Origin: Acaryochloris marina S15
GTDB taxonomy: Bacteria; Cyanobacteriota; Cyanobacteriia; Thermosynechococcales; Thermosynechococcaceae
Direction: 5' to 3'
Length of the DNA stretch: 32,000 bases
NCBI RefSeq assembly: GCF_018336915.1
Contig: NZ_CP064927.1
Location: forward strand, 150,001 to 182,000
Shown here one piece after another: positions 1 through 9,401 of this stretch (positions are counted from its first letter, which is position 1; each line of letters begins with the position of its first letter). Both the position numbers and the translations under genes were made by a program. The notes beneath the pieces were generated by a model, which had not been told where the DNA came from, did not search any database, and saw only the letters and a program-made list of their open reading frames with translations.

Positions 1-185
1 AACATAAACACTAATGTTCCCTCTCCGAAACTAACTTATTTATTAGCAGTACGAAGAATAGATTTCCTTTAGAATTAGAGAGCTTAAAACCTTTATCTAA
101 GAATCAACTAGCATCTCAGTTTCCACTTAAAGCTTGAGATACCATTATTCCTAAACAGTCTCCAATCTTGAAAAGGAGGTTATAG

Positions 186-1073
186 ATGCAGCGATTTGAG
201 CGCTTCCAATCAATTCAACAGCTCGACCCGAGAAAGGATAACTGCGAAATTTGCAGACAACTAGTGGGTTATGAATTTCCTTGGGATATCACCCGTGCAT
301 TAGAAATTGCACTCTTTCGCACCTTTTGTGTACCCAGCATAGCTACTCTCCTAGATCGTACTGCGGAGTTCCACCACCATTCCCAAAAACGCTACGACGA
401 CACGGGATTGATGGTTTCTTTACTGTTTAAGTGGGGGCATAATTCACCTAAAGGCCAGGCTGTAATTCAACGCATGAACCAAATTCATGGTCGGTTCCCT
501 ATTGACAATGCTGATTATGTTTACGTTCTCTCTACCTTTGTGTATGAACCTATACGGTGGGTTGAGCGATTTGGGTGGCGTCAGTTAAGCCAATTAGAAA
601 AACAGGCTTTATTTCACTTTTGGTCTTCTGTCGGACAACAAATGAAGATTCAAGATATCCCCAGCACCTATGAAACCTTTGAGCAATACAACCTAGAATA
701 TGAGCATCATCATTTTCAGTACAGTGAGGTCAATCAACGAGTGGGAGAATCTACATTAACCCTCTTTCTCAGTTGGTTCCCAGCCCCTTTACGCCCGCTA
801 ATCCAACCCTTTGTATATGCGCTCATGGATGATGCCATGATCCATGCGTTTGGTTTTCCATCTCCACAAATATGGCAGCGAGAATTTTTAGAGAAATTGC
901 TGAGGTCTCGTGGAAAGCTACTTCGCTATTTCCCCCCACGTCAAATCCCTAGTTTCTATAGCGATGAACCGCAACGGAGTTATCCTAAAGGTTATGGTTT
1001 AACTGATTTAGGCCCACCCAAAATACTATCGGACTTAAATGCTCGAAGAATAAAGACGCAGCAGGATCGATAG
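186..1073 (+). CDS. MpaB/DUF2236-family oxygenase-like protein
   Basis: 295-aa ORF with an RBS (aaggaggt) just upstream of the ATG. The motif string FPWDITRALEIALFRTFCVPSIATLL..KRYDDTG..MNQIHGRF..YVLSTFVYEPIRW..GWRQLSQLEKQA matches my recollection of the DUF2236/MpaB family. The family call is from recall only. Confidence 0.5.
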   Translation: MQRFERFQSIQQLDPRKDNCEICRQLVGYEFPWDITRALEIALFRTFCVPSIATLLDRTAEFHHHSQKRYDDTGLMVSLLFKWGHNSPKGQAVIQRMNQIHGRFPIDNADYVYVLSTFVYEPIRWVERFGWRQLSQLEKQALFHFWSSVGQQMKIQDIPSTYETFEQYNLEYEHHHFQYSEVNQRVGESTLTLFLSWFPAPLRPLIQPFVYALMDDAMIHAFGFPSPQIWQREFLEKLLRSRGKLLRYFPPRQIPSFYSDEPQRSYPKGYGLTDLGPPKILSDLNARRIKTQQDR

Positions 1074-1139
1074 AAATCTGAGTGGCTCGACCACTCTCCT
1101 CGTCTGACTAGCCTTGCAATCCTCTAATTTCGCTCATGC

Positions 1140-1949
1140 TTAAGCAGACTCAGCGTGTCTCTCCAACTTCTTCATGATCTTATTAAGGATTAGTCGAATA
1201 GCTTCATGACTCAATCCAATCTGTTGGCCTATTGCTCTCATGGACTTGGGCTGATCATCTTCAAGGCCATATCTCTGGCTGAGGATAAATCGCTCCCGTT
1301 CATCTAAATGCGCCATTACCTGAAACAGTTGCTCGTCGAGTTGTAGAGCTTCCATGTAGAGGGTCGGTTGATTATCACCAGCCAGTCGATCAAGGAGGGA
1401 ATCTTTTTGTTCAGGACCAACGGGCTGATCGAGGGACGATACCTTTTGGAATAATTGCAGGGTCCGTCTAACGATTGCCGGTTTGATGCCTGTAGCTTCC
1501 GATAATTCGGAGAGGGATGGTTCTCGACCGAGTTGTTGATTGAGTTCTCGGTAGTGCTTTTTAATTTTGTTGGCTGTATCCCATTGATGATGAGGGATAT
1601 AGATAGGACGTGATTTGGCTCGAAGGGCAGCGGTAATCCCTTGTCGAATCCACCAGTAGGCATAGGTACTGAATCGACATCCTTGGGCAAGGTCAAATTT
1701 ATCAACAGCAGTACTTAATCCAATGCTGCCTTCTTGAATCAGGTCTAGCAAAGGTAATCCTCGGTTTTGATGCTTCTTGGCAATGGAAACGACCAGGCGC
1801 AAGTTACACTCGATCATCCTTTGCTTAGCTCGAAGGCTTCCCGCTTTGGCTTGTCTGGCCAACTCAATTTCTTCTTCATGGGAAAGGAGGGGATATCGAG
1901 CCATTTCTTTGAGGTAGAAATGAAGACTGTCAGTGGTAGTAGCCATCAT
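1140..1949 (-). CDS. RNA polymerase sigma factor, sigma-70 family (short form lacking region 1; group-3-like)
   Basis: 269 aa. Region 2 is FYLKEMARYPLLSHEEEIELA..NLRLVVSIAKKHQNRGLPLLDLIQEGSIGLSTAVDKFD..RFSTYAYWWIRQGI. Region 4 HTH is KSMRAIGQQIGLSHEAIRLILNKIMKKL. Confidence 0.9.
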   Translation of the reverse strand: MMATTTDSLHFYLKEMARYPLLSHEEEIELARQAKAGSLRAKQRMIECNLRLVVSIAKKHQNRGLPLLDLIQEGSIGLSTAVDKFDLAQGCRFSTYAYWWIRQGITAALRAKSRPIYIPHHQWDTANKIKKHYRELNQQLGREPSLSELSEATGIKPAIVRRTLQLFQKVSSLDQPVGPEQKDSLLDRLAGDNQPTLYMEALQLDEQLFQVMAHLDERERFILSQRYGLEDDQPKSMRAIGQQIGLSHEAIRLILNKIMKKLERHAESA

Positions 1950-2043
1950 TGAACCTGGTGAACATCACTGGTAGAGAATTACCCTGAATAGCTTGATAGG
2001 GGAAGGAAAATTGATATTTCTTAAGGTAAAAATAGACATAAAG

Positions 2044-2077
2044 AAGCTGGCAGAATCATACAAATATCCGCCAGCTT
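2044..2077 (-). terminator. Candidate intrinsic terminator downstream of the HU gene
   Basis: An 8-bp stem, aagctggc (2044-2051) / gccagctt (2070-2077), with an 18-nt loop. On the minus strand a T-rich tract (ctttatgtctattttt) follows. It lies between the HU stop and the sigma gene start. Confidence 0.35.
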
Positions 2078-2121
2078 GGATGTAGGAATGAGGTTAAATC
2101 TTTAGCGATGTCCTTAGTTTA

Positions 2122-2397
2122 TCAGTCCTTCACTTTCGCTTTGAAGTCTTTACCCGCACTAAAGGCAGGCACTGTTGTTGCCTTGATTTTAAGTTTTTTG
2201 CCTGTCTGGGGGTTTCGCCCATCCCGAGCTTTACGATCCCTCGCTTCAAAGCTGCCAAAGCCTACGAGGGTGACCTTCTCACCAGAACTCACACTGTCGA
2301 TAATTGCCTCAGTCATAGCTGAGAGTATGGTATCGGCCTGTTTCTTAGTCGCACCAGATCGCTCAGCAATAGCATCAACTAAATCACCTTTGTTCAT
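2122..2397 (-). CDS. hup: HU-family DNA-binding protein
   Basis: MNKGDLVDAIAERSGATKKQADTILSAMTEAIIDSVSSGEKVTLVGFGSFEARDRKARDGRNPQTGKKLKIKATTVPAFSAGKDFKAKV is a canonical HU/IHF fold sequence. I use the ATG at 2397 rather than the upstream alternative start at 2412 in the ORF track. Confidence 0.92.
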   Translation of the reverse strand: MNKGDLVDAIAERSGATKKQADTILSAMTEAIIDSVSSGEKVTLVGFGSFEARDRKARDGRNPQTGKKLKIKATTVPAFSAGKDFKAKVKD

Positions 2398-2656
2398 GGT
2401 TATACCTAACAAGTGGGTCAGTATTGCATCCTAGGCTTTTCATGTGAGGTTTTCTTGAGGATTAAGATTCTGGGCTTCTAGTAAGTTGTTGTGATGGCTT
2501 TGCACCTCTTCCAGCATTCCAGCAATCATTGGAATACATTCGTTCATGACCTGGATGGGTTGCCATTGAGGAGATTCAGGTTGTTATGACATGGTGATAA
2601 TAGAATCAGAGGATTAGTGGCAACCTATCAGATTCAGCCTCAACAAATACCACTTG

Positions 2657-3127
2657 TTACTTTGGGTGTCGGTTGAGATTTCTAGTTGGTGTTTTCCAGA
2701 TCGTTTTCAAGCGCTGTAATCCTTTTTTGTTGATATTGATTTCGTCGTCTATGAGCTTAAGCTCACTATTGGCAAAGCTTGAGCCAGCAGCCCAGAGGAT
2801 GCTAGTGAATTCATTATGTTTAAGGTCAGAGGGAACAAATTTTACCAGTTCATCATTGGAAAATATTTCATGGATTTTCTTCATGGTGTCAGGATACTGA
2901 GCCTCTAGTGCTCGGATGTAAAGCGAGAGCAAGGGTGTGGGATCATCAGCACCAAATATGGCATAGCAAATACAGGTGGAGGTCGTCACCATCCAGATCG
3001 CTATTTTGTGCGGTTCAGTGGTGCGATCTCGGGCCATCTCCAAAACGAGATCAACCATGTTTTTCCTAAATGGATTATCCAGACGAGTCTCTAGGTTTTT
3101 CCAGACGGCTAGGATGTTTGGATCCAT
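2657..3127 (-). CDS. Hypothetical protein
   Basis: 156-aa ORF starting with ATG. I recognise no motif. The overlapping plus-strand ORFs (2673..2900, 2976..3188) look like shadows. Confidence 0.45.
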   Translation of the reverse strand: MDPNILAVWKNLETRLDNPFRKNMVDLVLEMARDRTTEPHKIAIWMVTTSTCICYAIFGADDPTPLLSLYIRALEAQYPDTMKKIHEIFSNDELVKFVPSDLKHNEFTSILWAAGSSFANSELKLIDDEININKKGLQRLKTIWKTPTRNLNRHPK

Positions 3128-3254
3128 TGGAGATTATGTTTTTCAGTCCTTTTATATCTGGATACCTAAATCAGCCCAACGGTCATAATTGAGAATTCCC
3201 TTTAGTATGGCAGCCTGGACAGTAGATCCTCCACAGCCTCCTATCATTGAATCA

Positions 3255-3875
3255 CTACGGAGGGGAATTTTGAGGATCTGGTGAAGTGCTACAAGCAACC
3301 CCCAAATCCTCAAAATTTCCCTCCGTGTCAATTACCCAAGACTGGTTCACCAAATCTCTGAGAGTGTTCGACCATCTCAGCTCTGGCTCAATCTCCAATA
3401 AGAAAAAATTAGCTTTCAGTTTCTCTAGGGATTCTGAATACTCTTGCAGAAACATTGAAGTCAATGGTGCAATCCCATCGGTAATAAATACAATATCGAC
3501 CTCACTGTAATCAGCATCCTGTTCAATGATGTCCCGTGCTTTCTCCAGTGGCGCTTGAAACTTTGTCCCACCATTAGTAGGACTTGTGATCAACAATCGG
3601 ATCATCTGATCAATATCCTCTTTGGGATGAATTTGAATTGGCTCAAAGCAAATCGACTCAAACCGAATCACTGATAACACCCGATCTTGCTCATTCGCTA
3701 ACTTCACCAAAGCCACAATCAGCACTTTTGACCATAAATCTCGGACTCAAGCATGGCCTGTTGTTGACCATAAACGGGCTTCCCTTAAATAGTCAAAAAT
3801 CCAACTAGCTAGCCCCATTGGGATGAGTTGATGTTGGTATGTGCAACAATCAATACACCGCAAACACTTGACGAA
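3255..3875 (-). pseudogene. von Willebrand factor A (vWA) domain relic (ViaA/CoxE-like C-terminal domain)
   Basis: The ORF 3255..3725 carries vWA-type strands: SKVLIVALVKLANEQDRVLSVIRFES, TNGGTKFQAPLEKARDII and VDIVFITDGIAP. In the same frame upstream, an in-frame TGA (3747-3749) separates it from ..LRCIDCCTYQHQ..WIFDYLREARLW. That position is where the MIDAS DxSxS motif would sit, and here it reads D-C-C-T-Y. No credible start codon exists and the N-terminal part of the protein is absent. Confidence 0.45.
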
Positions 3876-3877
3876 CT

Positions 3878-4414
3878 ATGGCACCCAAATTTGACTATAT
3901 GAATGACAGTGGAGCCGCTGACGTTGGGCAAAGTATCTTCGAGGAAATATCGGAATCCAGAGAGGAGCCTATTGCCGCATCACCCCGGATTGAAATCAGA
4001 AAGGTGGAAGTAGAATCAACAACTAAAAAGAACGGCCAATTTCTTGGAGTAAGGGAGAGCGTTCGCTTTGCCGTACCTAATTGCAACCTATCGGTCTTAA
4101 CTGAAATCGATTGGGACGAACTATCAGTTTGGGCAGACGAGACTATCAAGCAGTATTTAAAGCTAATGAACCCAGAGCTGACGCCTCTATTCCAACGAGA
4201 CAATAAGAAGAAGAAGTTCAAGCCAGCGAGTACTCAAAGTCCTTGCAGCTTGGCTGAGAGATACCCTTGTTATGTAGAGCTAAAGCAGGCGAGGGGCAAT
4301 ATGCTGTATGTTCATTCTAAATTGCCTAACTCAGATCGACTGTGGAAAAATACTTTTTGGTACTGCTGGGCTGAGGATGTGAATCGGGTCGAAGCTGGTC
4401 TGAAGAAAAAATAA
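3878..4414 (+). CDS. Hypothetical protein (acidic N-terminus, basic KKKKF patch)
   Basis: 178-aa ORF starting with ATG, with no recognisable motif. Confidence 0.4.
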   Translation: MAPKFDYMNDSGAADVGQSIFEEISESREEPIAASPRIEIRKVEVESTTKKNGQFLGVRESVRFAVPNCNLSVLTEIDWDELSVWADETIKQYLKLMNPELTPLFQRDNKKKKFKPASTQSPCSLAERYPCYVELKQARGNMLYVHSKLPNSDRLWKNTFWYCWAEDVNRVEAGLKKK

Positions 4415-4627
4415 ATCCGACCAAAGAGACTGGGTGATGTAGATACACCAGTTGGTCGAGATCCAAAAGAATCGGCTTTACTGCAAAATCTCTTAATTTC
4501 AAGAGAGTGTTGATTTGAGTACTGTGCCGATATAGAATTGCCATCCATCTATGCTTGGAAGTTATGGCGAAAATCAAGATGTTATTTGAAGATAATAGAA
4601 ATCATCTTGCTGGAGACTGAAATCAAC

Positions 4628-5206
4628 ATGGCTTATGTATGTGAATTAGACTCTGGCCAAAACGTGTACCTTGATAATCAAGGCGATATGACCCTAATCA
4701 CTTCAATGATGGTTACCCCTGGGCAGCAACAGCAGTCTAGTAATAGTTTTGAAACAGGCTGTTGGACAGCTCTACCTGAAGTTTATCGAACATCCCAGGG
4801 AGCAGTCATTAAATTGACCACTACTCAAGGTGAGCAATTTATCCAGGTGCAAGGTAGCAAAATGAGCAACATGGCGAGCATGCCATCTTTGCAGAAGTCT
4901 CAACAGATACAGATAAACCAGGGTGAGGCGACATCTTTCACTGCTTCCATTCCTGTACAGGAGACTCTACCGCAGATGCAACCCATGCAGCCGATGCAGC
5001 CGATGAAAATGGGGGATATGGAAATGGGGATGAACCCAATGGAAATGCGTATGGGCAATATGCATCTGAGTATGGAGTCAAAGGGTTCAGAATCGGCTTA
5101 TCCGGAAAAGACTCAATCAACAGGACGAAACTTTTGTAATCAATGTGGAGTGGCTCTTGACGCAGAAGATCGCTTTTGTTCTAGCTGTGGACACAAATTG
5201 GCCTGA
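4628..5206 (+). CDS. Zinc-ribbon protein with a Gln/Met-rich low-complexity region
   Basis: The C-terminus NFCNQCGVALDAEDRFCSSCGHKL is a CxxC..CxxC zinc ribbon. It is preceded by MQPMQPMQPMKMGDMEMGMNPMEMRMGNMHLSM. I prefer the ATG at 4628 (MAYVCELD...) over the alternative start at 4538 in the track. Confidence 0.6.
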   Translation: MAYVCELDSGQNVYLDNQGDMTLITSMMVTPGQQQQSSNSFETGCWTALPEVYRTSQGAVIKLTTTQGEQFIQVQGSKMSNMASMPSLQKSQQIQINQGEATSFTASIPVQETLPQMQPMQPMQPMKMGDMEMGMNPMEMRMGNMHLSMESKGSESAYPEKTQSTGRNFCNQCGVALDAEDRFCSSCGHKLA

Positions 5207-5347
5207 GATGGCTCCATATAAAAAATACTCTGGCTGGAATAACCCCAGCCCGACCCCAAAAAGTCTAATAATGCAGCATCCCCAAATAAAAGCAGGGAGC
5301 AGAGCAAAGGCAACAGCTCTATTTACCATTGGTCATTAAGTTCAGCT

Positions 5348-5500
5348 TATTGTGGGTCTTGAATTGCATCAGACTCTGTAACATTATGGAAAATTACACA
5401 GTTGGCCACTAGATGGTTGTACTTGATGCGCTTGCTTAGCTCATCACGATGATTGACCCTAATCACCTGATGCTCCCAACCAAACGCCAATATCAGATGT
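5348..5500 (-). pseudogene. Tn3-family transposase C-terminal remnant (about 50 codons)
   Basis: My own minus-strand translation gives HLILAFGWEHQVIRVNHRDELSKRIKYNHLVANCVIFHNVTESDAIQDPQ*. The G-x-IR...E...YN-LVAN-VI--N pattern resembles the conserved C-terminal block of Tn3-type TnpA. It is bounded upstream by a stop codon and has no start. Confidence 0.35.
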
Positions 5501-5526
5501 CAACCACTGCATCAATCAATTAAAGA

Positions 5527-6816
5527 TCAATGCCAATTTGGGTTCCAATGTGATATCCAATGACGCCAGCGTGGAGAACGATCTACAAAATAGAAATGGG
5601 TCTGATCGGCTGACACTGATTGATCGATAGAAGCTGAGCTAATAGGAAAGCGAGATTGTATGGAACCATCTATTTTAGAAAGGATTGTAACCGCACTTTT
5701 GGAATCGGATAACCATCTTTGATGGGTTGTATCTATGACCGCAACATATTCAGATGTGACGCTTGGCGTATGGAATATATCAGTCTTGAGCTGACGAAAC
5801 CACTTTTTCTTACCGTTATTGACCTTTAAGGCTGTGATTCCATACCGGGATATATGTCTATAATCGGGATCTGGATCGCATTGGATATATAGGGTCTCGG
5901 AATCCGTTGTCAAATTATTGGTGGTAGACCCAGTTCCACAAATCCCTTCCGATCTCCACTTGTTTTTCCCCGTTTTGGCATCAAAGGCTGTTACCGAATT
6001 TCTATCACTGATTAATAAAGTATTTCCTGTTAATCCGATCTTTTTAACTGGTGTAGATAGTTGAAATTTAGGTTTTCCACTCTCAGCATCCCGCACCTGA
6101 ATCTTCTCGCCATCCTTAAAGTACACAGAATGTTCATTGGCGATGAGAAATTCATCATGGCTAGTTAAATGACTGCGACAAAATTGCTCAGGTAATCTAA
6201 ATTCCCATTGAGTCTGTTTGATCCACAGATCCCGCTTTTTCAGAACAACTTTAGCTTGATCACAACCTGTTTTCCATATGGGGAATTGCTCAAATGTCAT
6301 CATCCATAGGATCTGATTATGGTTAAATAAACTAGTTTTACCATTGAAAGATAGAAAAAAACGTTGAGAAACTTGCTCATAATCACCCGTTTCACGATCA
6401 AAGACCACCATCTGGTTAAAGTGATCATTGCTTCTGATCGGTAAATTAACAATTAATGTCTGAGGTGTAGCAACAGGCAATGCAATTTGTAGAATATTGG
6501 CTTTTTCAGCATAGTCAGAAAAAAAATTTTGTTCCCAAACAAGCTGCCCTGTTTGAGTAGAAAATGCTGAAATTTGTTGCCAACCCTGCCCATTCGAATC
6601 CGTTCGGATAATTTGTAGGAAAAGCTTGCCATTATGAATGACAGGCGTCGTAGCTTCTCCATTAAAAGAATCTAAGACTTTTGACCAACGTACCTTACCA
6701 CTCTGAGCATCGATAGAAAATAATCGAAGCTCCTTCCAACTGGCAAATACGATAAAGCCAAGACAGCACAGTATGAATCCAGAAAGTCCCCATCTATTCA
6801 ATAAGCGCTTTCTCAT
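5527..6816 (-). CDS. Membrane-anchored PQQ-like (BamB-type) beta-propeller repeat protein
   Basis: The N-terminal TM helix is GLSGFILCCLGFIVFASW. Propeller-blade motifs recur: SGKVRWS, TGQLVWEQ, SGKPKFQ, TGKNKWRS and NGKKKWFRQ. Confidence 0.65.
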   Translation of the reverse strand: MRKRLLNRWGLSGFILCCLGFIVFASWKELRLFSIDAQSGKVRWSKVLDSFNGEATTPVIHNGKLFLQIIRTDSNGQGWQQISAFSTQTGQLVWEQNFFSDYAEKANILQIALPVATPQTLIVNLPIRSNDHFNQMVVFDRETGDYEQVSQRFFLSFNGKTSLFNHNQILWMMTFEQFPIWKTGCDQAKVVLKKRDLWIKQTQWEFRLPEQFCRSHLTSHDEFLIANEHSVYFKDGEKIQVRDAESGKPKFQLSTPVKKIGLTGNTLLISDRNSVTAFDAKTGKNKWRSEGICGTGSTTNNLTTDSETLYIQCDPDPDYRHISRYGITALKVNNGKKKWFRQLKTDIFHTPSVTSEYVAVIDTTHQRWLSDSKSAVTILSKIDGSIQSRFPISSASIDQSVSADQTHFYFVDRSPRWRHWISHWNPNWH

Positions 6817-6909
6817 TGGGTGAATTGATTGCTAATAGTACTTTCTAGTATTTTCAATGACATTACAGTCTAGCTAATGCTCAAACTACAAATTTGTAAA
6901 GAACTTCAC

Positions 6910-7177
6910 ATGGATTATAAAGAGCTAAAACAGGCGATAAGCAGCTACTCAGAGATGGATTTAGAACAGCGAAAAAACTGGTATTCTCCAGCAGCAGAGG
7001 CTTACAACAAAGCAAGACCTCGTTACCCCCGAGATTTGATTGGTCAAGTTATAGATATTGCTCAAATATCTTCTAACTCGGATATTCTTGAGGTGGGATG
7101 TGGTCCTGCGACGGCAACAGTCGCATTTGCTCCATTAGGCTCTCAGATAGTTTGTTTAGAACCTAACGCAGATTTTT
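6910..7177 (+). pseudogene. Class I SAM-dependent methyltransferase, 3'-truncated by the IS1-like element
   Basis: SAM-binding motif I (ILEVGCGPATATVAFAPLGSQIVCLEPNADF) is present. The reading frame then runs directly into the IS terminal repeat, which supplies the stop codon. No continuation is found beyond the other IS end. Confidence 0.65.
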
Positions 7178-8398
7178 GGTAGTTAGGTGAGATTATCTCA
7201 GCCCCTCTAGCTAAGGGAGGCTCGAAAAAGGTATTGCTGAAGAGAGTTATTGAGCCAAGATACTCCCATGGAAGAGAAAAAAAGGCCATTACTTTCAGAG
7301 CTAGCTTGCGTGAACTCTAACTGTGAAAGCTATGGTCAAGCGGGCCTTGAGAATTTAACAGTACGTAAAGTCTACGGACAAGATCGAATACGGTATCTGC
7401 GCTGTCATAGCTGTGGAGCAGAGTTCAGTGAACGCAAGAACACTGCCTTTTGGAATACAAAAATCCCTGAATCTCGAGCAATAGAAGTAGGTCGTCAAAT
7501 TGCAGAAGGAACGTCTATCAAAGGAACATCACGTCTGACCTACACCCATCCGGATACGGTGAAACGTTTGACCCTCAAGTTTGGTCAGCATGCCCAGGAC
7601 TTTCATGAGCAGGAAGCTCAGCAACTGGATATCGACATACTAGAGATGGACGAACGTCATGGATACGTCGCCAGCAAAAAGCAGCAGTGTTGGGATGCGG
7701 TATCCATTGATGCCGCCAGTAAATTCATTGTCCACGTGGCCGTTGGTCCCCGTAACACAGACCTGATAGAAAGGCTGATGCAAGGCAGTCACAGACGACT
7801 AGCTCATCCCCAAGACCTGGTGCTGATGACCGATGGAGAAGCGAGTTATCGCACTCTCTTTCCGGTCATCTTCGGGGTGTCTTACCTCCCCCCCGTCAAA
7901 GCACGATGGGTCGACCTCCCAACTCCAAGTATCGGATTCCTCGAACCCTTGCCCACGTCCAAGTCATCAAGCATCGTCAGGGACAAAAGTTAGAAGCCGT
8001 AGAGGTGAGCAAAGCTCATGGGAGCTGGCAACGGATTAATCAAGCGCTAGATGAAATGGGTTACAACATCCCCAACACCTCAACTGTGGAGCGTTTCAAT
8101 GGCACTGCACGACGGATGAATGCTCATCAAGTCAGACGCTCACTTGCTTTCGCTCACCGCAGTGATACTCGTCAGGCCGTTGCTTGGTGGAGTGCTACAG
8201 TTTACAACTGGGTGAGAGAGCATCGCAGTTTACGAGCTCCTCTAGAAGTACCCGAGGGTAAAAAGCGCTTTCAACAGAGAACTCCTGCCATGGCAGTTGG
8301 ATTAACTGAACACATTTGGACCGAAGCTCAGATCCTCAGAGCACCCGTTTATATAGCTTCTCAAGAATAGGGGGCTGAGATAATCTCACCTAACTACC
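7178..8398 (+). mobile_element. IS1-family-like insertion sequence (1221 bp)
   Basis: Perfect 28-bp terminal inverted repeats: ggtagttaggtgagattatctcagcccc at 7178-7205 and its reverse complement at 8371-8398. They enclose a two-frame transposase. No flanking target-site duplication is visible. Confidence 0.85.
7250..8370 (+). CDS. IS1-like transposase in two overlapping frames (7250..7993 and 7906..8370); a -1 shift is needed
   Basis: The N-terminus has a zinc finger plus HTH (CVNSNCESYG..CHSCGAEFSERKNT). DDE-type blocks are WDAVSIDAASKF, LMTDGEASY and VERFNGTARRMNAHQVRRSLAFAHR, the last resembling the IS1 InsB ERxNxxxRxxxxRxxRxxxxFS signature. A -1 slip in the C7 run at 7888-7894 joins ..FGVSYLPP to RQSTMGRPPNSKYRIP... 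Confidence 0.75.
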
Positions 8399-8505
8399 CC
8401 CTGTTGTTACTCAACAAAAACGTGATTTAGTTCCGATTAATGCGGTGCAGGATTACGGTAGATCCAGTACAAGTGACATAGTATCCTTCAACTGTAGTTT
8501 TAATA

Positions 8506-9261
8506 ATGTGCGTCACGATGTCTTCAAACGCTGTTGAACATTACGATAAACACCTTGGTAAGTTCTACGCCTGGATGGTCGGAGACTTTACAGGGGCATC
8601 GAAATCAATGGCTGATTATTTCGACACAATTGGACTGCAACCGACCTCGACGGGGAAAGCCGTGGATCTCGGTTGTGGTCATGGACTCCAGACTATTCCA
8701 CTCGCCAAGCGTGGTTTTGCTGTTATGGGGATAGATACTTGCGCTTTTCTGCTTGAAAAATTAAAGGCAAATATAAATGAGCTGCCAATCGAATTACTTC
8801 AAGCTAATTTACTGTCGTTCCCAAAGCATATTCATTCAGAGGTTGATGCAGTTGTTTGTATGGGTGACACCATCACTCACTTAGACTCGATAGGAGATGT
8901 TAAAAACCTCATCCTATCTATCTCTGAATCGCTATCCCCAGGCGGCTCTTTCTGCGTGTCGTTCCGTGACTACACACAATCTGAACTCACTGGCATCTCA
9001 CGCTTTATTCCGGTGAAATCTGATGATTCACGTATCCATACCTGCTTCCTTGAGTATGATTCGACGGTTATTCATGTCCATGATCTTCTTCATACAAGAG
9101 AGCAAGATGGATGGTCCTTATCAGCTAGTTCCTATGACAAGCTTCGTCTTGCTCCCGAGGTTCTCAAAAATCTAGCTCACGACAATAAATTAAAGCTTGT
9201 CAGTGAAATCACAATTCGTGGCATGAACTACTACTCATTTCAAAAGCACATTGAAAGCTGA
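8506..9261 (+). CDS. Class I SAM-dependent methyltransferase
   Basis: Motif I is KAVDLGCGHGLQTIPLAKRGFAVMGIDTC, followed by post-I/II motifs (DAVVCMGDTITHL, LSPGGSF). The start could instead be the ATG at 8518. Confidence 0.8.
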   Translation: MCVTMSSNAVEHYDKHLGKFYAWMVGDFTGASKSMADYFDTIGLQPTSTGKAVDLGCGHGLQTIPLAKRGFAVMGIDTCAFLLEKLKANINELPIELLQANLLSFPKHIHSEVDAVVCMGDTITHLDSIGDVKNLILSISESLSPGGSFCVSFRDYTQSELTGISRFIPVKSDDSRIHTCFLEYDSTVIHVHDLLHTREQDGWSLSASSYDKLRLAPEVLKNLAHDNKLKLVSEITIRGMNYYSFQKHIES

Positions 9262-9282
9262 GAGTGTTGGTAGGATCACATG

Positions 9283-9400
9283 GTTCAAGTTTTAGGATGT
9301 CAGGGTAACATTTTTCTATAACCAAAAAATCAATAAGACCCCTGTATAGTAATGATCTTAAGCTTTTTCTCTTCAGTAAAAGTGTTACCCTGACTTGAAC
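9283..9400. repeat. Imperfect inverted repeat / hairpin element between the methyltransferase and the IS5 remnant
   Basis: The left arm is gttcaag(ttttaggatg)tcagggtaaca (9283-9310). The right arm is tgttaccctgacttgaac (9383-9400). The arms are complementary apart from a 10-nt bulge. Confidence 0.4.
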
Positions 9401-9401
9401 A

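Noticed and set aside
1316-2434. ORFs 1316..1705 (-), 1767..1952 (+) and 2108..2434 (+)
   Set aside because: They are shadow ORFs overlapping the well-supported sigma factor and HU genes in other frames or on the other strand. Their translations are low-complexity with no motifs.
2413-2656. A 35-codon minus-strand ORF (MNECIPMIAGMLEEVQSHHNNLLEAQNLNPQENLT) upstream of the HU gene
   Set aside because: It is too short, has no recognisable RBS or motif, and cannot be distinguished from chance without conservation data.
5117-5339. Overlapping ORFs 5117..5329 (-) and 5145..5339 (+) downstream of the zinc-ribbon gene
   Set aside because: They are mutually antisense with no motifs. One overlaps the 3' end of the supported zinc-ribbon CDS. 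I treat them as non-coding.
7833-8039. A 68-aa ORF in the third frame of the IS1-like element
   Set aside because: It lies in neither of the two frames that carry transposase homology and has a Ser-rich, low-information translation.
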